From the NCBI RefSeq assembly GCF_009914755.1, contig NC_060926.1: a stretch of DNA of 64,000 nt. One strand, given 5' to 3'. Position 1 is the first letter of the stretch. Every line of letters starts with the position of its first letter. Positions 54,050 to 64,000 of the stretch are shown here, piece after piece. The notes under the pieces were generated by a model. That model saw only the letters and a list, made by a program, of their open reading frames with translations, searched no databases and was not told where the DNA came from. Origin of the DNA: the human T2T-CHM13v2.0 reference genome, Homo sapiens. A program made the translations under genes and the position numbers.

Positions 54050-55450
54050 TGGATCAGATTTCCCTGAGTCTTTGGTCCTTGACTTGAATCCTAAGGGTTT
54101 ACTAGGAGTTTTTTGGTCAGGGGAAAGGAGAAAATTCTGACCAGAGTCAACCAGGTGTGCAAAGCCAAATTGTCATTTTATCTTTGGGGAATGACACATA
54201 GTTCACTATGACTGGAAGGCAGATTAAGTATAATGCACTGACAGGGCATGAAGTTGGAAATATAGGCAAGAGTTTGATTACTTTTACCTAAGTTATGGTT
54301 ATTGTATTACTTTTAGTGTATAGAATTCCCTTGAAGGATATTATAGTTGAGACTGACTTTAGAATGGAGGCGGTAGGAGATAATTATGATGGTCAGTTAT
54401 AAGACCTGTGATTGTATGGGTGAAAATGACACATCATCAGAAAACTATCCATAGGTAAAAAGATTATGTAGAAAAACTGAGATATTTAGGAGTATAGTAA
54501 AAAAGACTTTCTCACAGATCATATATAAGGAGTAAGAGTGTCATGGTAATCCTCAAGGTTTTTAGCTATAATATTGCATTTCATCAAATAGGAAATAAGA
54601 GAGGAGATAGTTTTGGAGGGATATGATGGGCCATTTGGACAGATTGAATATGCATCATGCAAATAGAGATGTTCAGTAGAAGATCTGGAGGTCTTGAAGG
54701 AGACAGGGAAAAGACTCATGGATTGAGGATTCATGTCTACTTGGGTGGTACTAGAACCTATGGGAGCTGGTTAGGGAAAGAAGTGTAGGGATACTTAGTT
54801 TAAGATAAATGTGTCACTTGTGGTCATCAAAAGGTCTGATCACCCTAAACTGATGTAAAGAATTCTCTCTATATATGCATTATTTCGGGCAAAAACTTGT
54901 AACTTCCATGAGACTGTCAAAATGATCCACGGTCAGATTTATAAGATTTATAAGATACTTCTAGGGACAGAACATTAATTCTTAAAATGTAGTAAGAAAA
55001 TGGAAATGGTAACTATAGCCTAGTTTTTCAGGATGTTCAATAGAAATAAAAAACATATAACTAAGACAACAGCTAGAGAAGTTTCAATGCCTAAGGTAGA
55101 AAGACATAGTAGAATTATGAGCTTCTCAGGCTGAGGAAAATGAGTACATAGAGAGGGAGACTAAAGGCTCAGGAAAGGGAGACTGAGGATTGTGAAAGAG
55201 AGTAAAATGTGATCAGGCCATGAGAAGATTGAGGGGCTAGAAAGGACATGGAAGAGAAATTACCTTTGCATGAGAAGTGGTGTACTTTTTTTCAAGGACA
55301 GAGAAAAACATGAAATGCTGTAGATATGCAGTTTCTCAGTGAGCTTATGTGTTTGTATTTGTGTATGTATGTGAGAATTTTGTTTCAGATGCCAGGAAGG
55401 TGCATGAGTCTACTGCGAATTTTGTAAAATTGGAAGCAGAGACATTTAAG
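54050..55450 (-). mobile_element. L2 fragments
   Basis: Purine-rich antisense L2 sequence (gtcatggtaatcctcaaggtttttagc, atagagatgttcagtag). Confidence 0.55.
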
Positions 55451-56325
55451 AATAAGGAGAGTTAAAATTTTAATTTATATCAACTTAATAGAAAGTGAAG
55501 TCACCCAAGGTACTGCGATATAACTGCTAAGCAAAAATTACATCTATGTTTTCAAAGTAGAAAAAATAGAGTTGAGAAACAAATGCTTGTTTTTATCAAG
55601 CATTAAACTACATGTAAAAACATACAATATTTGCTCCCTATGTGTTTTTCTAAACATATCATTTTAGTTTCTCATTTATAGCAGTAAAAACACATACATG
55701 GTTTCTCTTTGCAAACTTGATGTTCACTGGGAAACAAACTGCAGATACAGGCATAGGGAATTAAATTGCTTTCACATAAAAAGTCCATGTTTCTGTTTTA
55801 ATCAGAAATTTATGCAGTACCTTCTGCACTAGTATCATCTGCTCAGCACTCAAGCTGCCAGTTAAATATAATAGAGACTTCCCCAGAAATTCACTTCTAC
55901 ATAGAATCACATTTTCTAAAGTGGTTTTTGACATTGCATATAAAATCTCCATCTTCTACTTGTCTTATGTACAATTCCAAGTAGTTGCATAGGAAATATA
56001 TGTGAAAGTAGCTTTTGTTCATTTAACTATTAATTCAGATGTCAGCCTGTTTGCCTACTTGGGAAATACAAAATGTGTTTGTCATTGGAACTGTTGAGAT
56101 AGTTAGCATATAATCAGAGTCCCATAAGTAAACAGTTCTGGGAAGATACTAGGCTAGAATGAAGCCATCTCTACCTAAAAGACATAGTATAATGCAGACA
56201 ATATAGATAAGATTCCATTTAACATGCATCCATGGCTTGCATATTGGTGATAAAGTCTGTAAATACAGCACTTAAATATAACATTTGTGTCTCTATCACA
56301 TTTAAACCAATAATACTATCAAAGT

Positions 56326-56528
56326 CAGGAATTGGTAGACTATGGCCTGTGGGTCTAATTATTGTCTGATTTTGTCAAGAAGGTTTATTGGTTATTGGAT
56401 TACAGCCACACGATCGTTTACATAATGTTTATGACTGCTTATGTGTTAGAATTGAGTAGTTGGGACAGAGACTTGATGGTCCACAAAGCCTCAATAAATT
56501 TTACAGACTAATTTTGCCAACCCCCAGT
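56326..56528 (-). mobile_element. MER58A
   Basis: actatggcctgtgggtc...acagccacac...ttgagtagttgggacagagac...ttttgccaacccc. Confidence 0.75.
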
Positions 56529-56769
56529 CTAAGAAATGGGACAGACATGCATATAAGCACATTGACATACCCAAGAGTGAAGCATATTAATATAGATTAA
56601 GATAAGAGCAAAGATTTGTAGAATACTTTACAAAAATTTTTGAATAACCAGTAGCATTATTCATTCTTACAAAAACTTATCAGGTATATATTATTGTTGT
56701 AACTGTTTCAAAGGTAAAGGCAAGTAGCCCACACCTGGAGTGTATGATTTCTGCTACTGGTAGCAGAAG

Positions 56770-57000
56770 TGTTGAAGTGAAACAGTTAAACTACACCACC
56801 AGGGTTTGAATCCAGGGTCCTGCAATTACTAATTACATGGCCCTGGGCAAGTTTCTTAACATCTCTCTTCATACAGAGTCTTCATCTGTAAACTGGGGAT
56901 AACAAACCTTATCAGGTGGTTTGCTATGATGTGTGTTAATAATGAGAAGCTCTTGGAAAGATAATTTGAGAATGAAATACTGTATAGCAAATAATATCTA
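56770..57000 (+). mobile_element. MIR
   Basis: gggtttgaatcc...ctgggcaagtttcttaacatctct...ttcatctgtaaactggggataa. Confidence 0.75.
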
Positions 57001-60000
57001 TTCTTAGGGTCAATTGTCAGATCTTTTAATACTCAAATGGCTACACAGTCTTCCCATTACACCACATCTGCTTCTAAGCTCTGCATTTCAAGTTGTCTCA
57101 CTCTCTGAGGTTGTTTTTGACACCAGATGTATTTTCTGCACATAGAGAAATATGTCTCAGTTATGTAAATGGGCAAAATCAAAACTTTGTTTTGGCCAAG
57201 TAGCAATTGTTCATTAAACATCTGTGGTATTTAAACAAATATAAAATTTTCAACTTGATTTATTTCTATTGTCACACAAGAAATGAAACCCGTGCTAAAT
57301 TCACTAAAATATTTAATTATATTATTTTAAACAAGACTTAATAAATACATTTTTATTTGTCTGTGCTTTGGCAGACTTAAATAGCTATTTTATTCTTAAC
57401 AAATAGTATGAGTACAAGCCTAACCTAAGTAAGTCTCCAGTTGCATTTTAAAGAAAAAAAATGAGTATTTGCCTGTTTCACTGGCTTTACGTATAGAAAT
57501 TGCTAACTGCCTCTAAATCAGGATGATGCCTGTGCTTTCTCAGCATGAAAATATTAGATGATATGCAAATTAAGCTCAAAAGAGTCATAGCTTCATCTGT
57601 TTGCAGTGCAGACAAGGACTTATCTTAGTAAAATGCCATGTCAAACTCTAAATTTAGTGGTTTCTTTTGGCTCTAGAACTTGCATTACATTATATGCTAA
57701 TGCATTCTTGAAAGTATTGGAGAGCTTAATATTGACACAGAGCAAGATTAGTCTGTGTCATAAATTACTTCACTAGTGACCCTTAGTGTCTTGGGGACTT
57801 TCCATTGTGAAGGTAAGAGATGTTTTCTGTAATATTTAATACTTGAAAAAGAGAATTAGTGATTCAGATTAACAAACATTCAATATATATAACTAGAGAC
57901 AAATCCTATCGGAAAGGAAAAGAGAATGACCATTTACTTGGCCTTTATCATAGGTAATTCTAGGGGAAATACCACAAAAACTAAGTAATCCATTTAAATG
58001 ACTAGTCCTAAGTAATTAAAATGATCTGTGATATAATTAAATGTGTAGTGAAATTTTAATTGGAAATTAGAGCACTGTGTATTAAGCACAAAAACAATTC
58101 ATTCAACTTATATAAAGTTGATACTTTCTACAGTGCCATGTATAGAAATTGAATAGTAAATTTCAAAGAAACACTCTATTTTGAATTACTATTCATAACA
58201 TTATTTCCATGGAGAGTCACATGCAAAAAATATGTAGAATTTACTCTTCTCGTCAGAAAAATCACTTGATTATCCACCTAGTCATTGTTGAACAAATACT
58301 ATGGGCTTTTTTGCTGTGAAGAAAAAATTGCTGGAAAACATATTTCACTTTAGAATGCCATCATTTCAGTTGGGAAATCAAGGCATCTATCCACATAAAA
58401 AGTATCCAGAACACACAACACTCTTAAATCAGTGACATAGCAGGGCATTCTATTTAATATTGTTCTACAGAGCATGATGTCTTTAGTCATTAATATTTAC
58501 TGAATACTTCCTAGTTTTAGAGATTATTCTGGGCACTTAAATAATTCCATCATGGAGAAGTGGGAAGTCCTAATGCTTAGGTTTATTCACATGTGCAGTG
58601 TAGGCTGCTGAGAACTAGTTGCCATCATAGTCAAGTCTTAGAAGTAACAATGGTTTGAAGTTAAGGCAATTATGTTGCTGTTTTAGTCTTATATTCTTCC
58701 CCATCCTAACTGCCAAGACTTAAGTTTTGTGAACATTAATTTTTATGAACTCTTTGTAACCCTACTGAAGAGGTGAATAATGATGGCATAGAATGAATCT
58801 TTGTATACTTTTTATTATAAGTAATAAAGAAGAAAGATTTTGCTTTGTTTTATTGACTGAGGAGTTATTTCCATTTCCCCTATAAAAAGTCCCTCTGTCC
58901 TTTAGAATATGCTATTAAGTAGTGTGTCAATTTGATGATTTAATTTTAAATACATCACTTTATAAGGATAAAACAACTAAAAGGACTGCCAAAATGACGC
59001 ATTTTCATTTACAAATGTTTACCAATTACTTTACAACCCTAACTTACATATTTATAGAACTGACAAGAGTTTAGTGTATCTCTCTTTTTATTATTCAAGA
59101 AATCTGTCAAAGAAAGGTAATAATGCTGGATAGTATCTTACAACTTTAAAATTGAAATTATATTTTTGATGGATAATTTTGTTCATTATTGATCCACAAT
59201 TAAGATTACTAATACTCACTAAAAAGTCGGTTATTTTCTTTTGTTTATCTCACCTAGTGCTAGAAAAACCCAAAACACTGAGAAAGAAATGGCAACTCTA
59301 AATGCAGGGTTGAGAAGATAACAGGACTTGTGAAATACATACAGATTACACACTTTTTGATGGAAAAACTTTTTGTGTAGTTGTTATAGACTCCCAGGAA
59401 AGGATATTCATTACAGTAGAAATTTGATGAATGGGTCAAATATTTGTAGAGCATTCTAAAATTTAAGGTCAATATTGTAAAGGCCTTGAAAATTTGCATT
59501 ATCTAGGCTATACAAAAACTGAATTGAAAATAAAAACAGCAGTATATTCCATTAGAAGAATAATGAACACCTTCCCAAGGCTTGTTTTGATAACCTTCTC
59601 TGGTCATTGTCCCCACAGTCCATTGTGTAGAATAAATGGTAATTTACTAAAGCAGAGAGCTTTTCTTGGCATTCTTTGACTCTAAAGATGTCCTAAGCAA
59701 GAAACAAAGCTTGTCACGATACGGTACACATCAGCCTCTCTGTAGATTGGCCAGGCTACCACCATTGCAAATATGTCTTGTGCTGCTTTCTAAGAAATTG
59801 CGACCCTTTGTAGAACATACAGATTTTTTCATTTTTTGCCTTCTTCGGGGCTAAGTGAAATACTAGCTAAGCAAACTAACCTATATATGTAAGTATGACT
59901 GAACAGTTGAAAATCTATTAATAATACAATTCAGCAGAACAGTGCTAAGAAAGAAACTACATATTATCGTCAATTATCACGTTCATAAATGAATCAAGCA

Positions 60001-60083
60001 CTGGATACAATTAAATACTCATTTCTATTTTTAAAAGTTAATAATAAGAGAAATACACAGATGTTTTTCTAAACATATTTTAC

Positions 60084-60727
60084 TGTAGAGGACAAGGGAA
60101 AGTTTTTCCTCTGCCCCCTGAAGGCTCACTGAAAATGAATTGACAACAGGCCGATTCATAGGTAAAAAAAGCACACAAATTGGTTTAACATACATAAGCA
60201 CTGGAGAATCACAGGAGAGTGATTACTAAATAATTCAATGAGGTACAGATGTTTATATATCTTTGTTCATAAAGGAAGAAAGATGGGAAATTGTGACCAT
60301 TCTGAAGGGTGGTAAATGACGTGCAGGGGGAATGTTTGAGGCCCAATACTTAGACAATATTTAATAAATGATTCTCTCTGGGAATTGAATAGGAGTGGAG
60401 AACAGACTACAGTTTGGGACAAGGATTGTCTGTTCTGTACGTGTAGTATTTAATTTTCAATCTCTTCCTCCGTGGTGTGAGTTTTAATTGCCTCTGGTTA
60501 ATGACATTTGAGGGAAAGAATAGAAGGCAATTGTGTTCTTTGGCAGGTCCAGTTTCTGGGTTGATAGGTTGATAAGGGAGCTTCAGAGAAGAGTCTCATT
60601 GTGTGCTTTGAGCGAGACAAAGATTGAGAGAGGGCAGAGGGCAAGGTCAAAAAGACTTTGAAGCTGCTTCTTTAGTTCAGCATGTCGAGGGACCATATTT
60701 TGGGGTATCATTTCCCAAGCACCAATA
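60084..60727 (-). mobile_element. MER34-group ERV1 solo LTR
   Basis: gctgcttctttagttcagcatgtc...ccatattttggggtatcattt is the reverse of the start of the LTR at 40593. The other end reads tgtagagg..gaaagtttttcctc. Confidence 0.75.
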
Positions 60728-60898
60728 ATGCATATACCTATATATGCACATACGTATACATACACACACACACGCACATCTCTAAAACTGTGACCATCAG
60801 TATTGATAGTTGAATGCTAAAGCATGTATCCATAGTAATGTTTGAATGTAAAGGCATAAATCTTTAAAATCAGAACAAATTTTTTTTAACTCTACTTC

Positions 60899-61331
60899 TG
60901 AGGCAGGAGAACAGGGTCTGGGGGCAGGGAACCTAAGAACTTTCTAGAACAAAATCAAACAGAAAAACCTCAACTTTCTAAGACCAAGTAAATAACTTTG
61001 TAACTCTACTTCAGCTATGACAGGAAACATCCAGTTCATTTGCATAGGGTGTACCTCAAGTAAATAACTATGCAACTTTGTAACCTCTTCATTTACATAG
61101 GGCATAAGCCAAATAACCAATGGGGAGTCTCTGGAGGATATTTAAACCCCAGAAAATTCTGTGACTGGGCCCTTGAGCCGCTTGCTTGACCTGCTGCCAC
61201 CCTGTGGAGTGTCCTTTCATTTTCAGTAAATCTCTGCTTTTGTTGCTTCATTCTTCCCTTGCTTTGTTTGGGCGTCTTGTCCAATTCTTTGTTCAAAACG
61301 CCAAGAGCCTGAACACCCTCAACCGGTAACA
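60899..61331 (+). mobile_element. MER51-family solo LTR (ERV1)
   Basis: tgaggcaggagaacagggtctgg...ttgtccaattctttgttcaaaacgccaag...ccggtaaca, with flanks cttc/cttt. Confidence 0.85.
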
Positions 61332-62835
61332 CTTTTACAGTAGGAAAAGTTTAAGTACATCATATTTGATAGGCACATTAACTTTAATGTAAATTATTTT
61401 GTGGATATGTATTGAATAGTAGTCTTTGATAATCCAGATACTTTACAAATAATGACTCTCCAAGGGGTTTTTTAGATTCTGACCTAGATACTTTGATCAG
61501 ACAAGCAGATAACAGTAGTATTTCACTTTGAGTGGAACTTTGTAAATAAATGAACACTCTCTCTCATGTCCTATGCTATTTATAAATTGTGCATTAGCTT
61601 AAGTAGTCAGTGGATGTCAGCATTGTTGTACTAAAATCTGCTTGCCAGTATTATTTTTGACTTGCAAGTTTATAATTCTTAAGTCTTACCAAAAGTAATT
61701 TTCTCTATTGTTTTGATCTGAGAAACAAAGGAAAAATGTATATGATAAAACACAAAGGCCTCTTAGAAAATGAATAAGTTATCTTTAAATATAGTCATAT
61801 CTATTATGTATGATTTATGACATTTGAGGCAAAACAAATATCTATTGATAAAAAAAACTAATCCTTTTTGTCACCAATATGCCACAGCTTGACCAGGACA
61901 GACCTCCTTATAGGAAAGGTGGAAGCAAAAAGTGTTTCTCTCTTTCTTTTTTAGAGAAGTGGAAAGATAGCTTTATTCTTAGCATATGCAATGATATTTT
62001 AATAAATTTTTAATTGCAGCTTACCATAGTTTTTATTTTAAAACATAAAAGTACTTTTAAAATAGTTGCATTGAGTTAGTTGTTTTACACATATAAACTA
62101 TACGGGAATCAGGATGAAGTGATTCGACAGAGATTCTGTTAGTTATTTTGGATTATATATGACTCATAGCATCCAGGTTTCATCCATGCCTTCATTATGC
62201 AGTGAGAAATTTGTCTTCATTTCACTGTAATATGTACAGAAATCTCCCCAACGAAAGGAAATACACACCCTGATGCACCACATGACCTCCCATCTATAAT
62301 CCCCTTTATTTGCTGCATTTGGCAGGAGAATGCTGAGAGAAAAGGTGCCTCTGAGCCCATAGAACATGTTCAAAGCAGAGCTCTTACCCGAAGCAAGAGA
62401 GAAAGACCACAGCAGGTAACATCACAGCCACTGGCAGAGCCTGTGATCCAGGCCTGTGGACCTCCACATCATTCCATGAAAGTGACATTTGAAGATAATA
62501 CCTTGATCAAACACTAAAATGCAAAGAACCAGTAATAATTATCCTGAAACATAAAGATGTATGGATCAGGGCAATACACCATTCATAGTAGAAGAGCAGA
62601 GTGGATCTGGGCGATTTTCACATCTGCATTGGTTAAAGGTTTATCAATATCTTATTGAAGGAAACCAAAGTCCAATTTGAGAAATCACTGCATTCCCTTT
62701 GAAATGAATTACACATATGTACATTAAAAAACAGTATCTCACGTTTGTTTATTATTATCTTAATTATCTGCCATTTGGATTTAAGATATTGATGCTAAAG
62801 TGGGAAAAACCAGTGACATAGAGGACACTTAAAGC

Positions 62836-63685
62836 AATGGTTCCCAAACCTTTTTGTCTAAGAATATTTAAACTCTTAAAAAAAATTAAGGACCCTAAAG
62901 AGCTTATGTGTGCATGAATTTTAGCTATGAATATTTGCCAATTTAGAAATTAAAACTAACAATATTAAAAGAAATAATTTATTAATTTATTTAACACTAA
63001 AAATAAATTCATTACATTTTAACATAAAACATGTTTTAAATAAATATATTTTCCAAAATCAAAAAATCAGTAAGAAGTGTCATTTCTTACTTTTTTGAAA
63101 ATCTCTGTTTTAGCTGGCTTAATAGAAGACAGCAAGATTCTTCTATCTGCTTCTTCATTCAATCAGTTGTGGCATGTCATATCGGTTGGTATATGTGGAG
63201 AAAATCCTTTATCACACAGACATGTAATTAGAAAAGGGAGGAACATTTTAATAGCCATCTCAGATAATTATGAATATTCTTCTTTTGTATGACATCAAAA
63301 CTTGAACAAATTGTAGTTCTTAAAAGGCAGTTTCAATACAGAATTCAGAACTGTATAGCTACACTTTTTCTACTGTTTTGGGGTCTTGCATTAAAATTCA
63401 TTTTAATCTATCTTACACAATGAATGGATATTTTACTCATGATGATTTTGTAACATGCATTGGTCATTTAGGAAATACTTGTTCAACGGGTTATCCAGCT
63501 TTTCCAAATATTGACACACTTTAAATAATATCAAAAATCGTATTTGTTAATAAAAGCACAGACCTCAGTAGAAAAGTCTTTATGCATTGGAAACCTATCA
63601 AGCTTATGGTGGCAGATATGTTTTCCATAATTCTGGAGCATATACAGATTAGAATATCTCAGCTTTTATCATTAGCCATTTTCTA
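62836..63685. mobile_element. Charlie2-like hAT DNA transposon fragment
   Basis: caatggttcccaaacctttttgtct...aggaccctaaagagctt...tggcttaatagaagacagc. Confidence 0.7.
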
Positions 63686-63690
63686 GTGGT

Positions 63691-64000
63691 TTTTTATTTT
63701 TATTTTTTAATTATACTTTAAGTTCTGGGATACATGTGCAGAACGTGCAGGTTTGTTACATAGGTATACACGTGCCATGGTGGTTTTCTGCACCCATCAA
63801 CCCGTCATCTACATTAGGTATTTCTCCTAATGCTATCCATCCCCTAGTCTCCCATACCCTGACAGGCCCCACTGTGTGATGTTCCCTTCCCTGTGTCCCT
63901 GTGTTCTTATTGTTCAACTCCCACTTATGAGTGAGAACTTGCATTGTTTGGTTTACTGTTCCTGTGTTAATTTGCTGGTTTCCAGCTTCATCCATGTCCT
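63691..64000 (-). mobile_element. L1PA (PA6/PA7-like) 3' end, runs off the window
   Basis: T-rich tail followed by attatactttaagttctgggatacatgtgcagaacgtgcagg...cccacttatgagtgagaac. Confidence 0.93.

Noticed and set aside
55761-55952. Unique-sequence ORFs (also 32182-33280, 35353-35626, 59260-59854, 62164-62373)
   Set aside because: They are short, show no recognisable homology and are expected by chance.

Overview
This is AT-rich primate genomic DNA. AluJ, AluS, AluY, THE1, MER4 and L1PA elements point to human or a close catarrhine relative. I recognise no protein-coding gene. The ORF track is explained by decayed transposon ORFs (Tigger1 transposase, L1 ORF1/ORF2), Alu or LTR read-through and chance frames. 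Most of the window is nested transposable-element fossils: a near full-length Tigger1, stacked and mostly minus-strand L1s, five Alus plus an Alu head, several solo LTRs, a two-LTR MER4A-type provirus with a tRNA-Arg-like PBS, hAT-Charlie MERs, L2 and MIR. I found no evidence of a new biological system. The most unusual structure is a cluster of rearrangement scars at about 20.5-23 kb. It includes a young 163-bp inverted duplication (162/163 identical, 832-bp spacer) next to a tail-less internal L1 ORF2 fragment that carries an Alu head. An exact 25-bp dispersed direct repeat and a few candidate splice-bounded exons are also worth checking. Repeat subfamily names come from my recall of consensus sequences and need RepeatMasker/Dfam confirmation. 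Boundaries of old elements are approximate.
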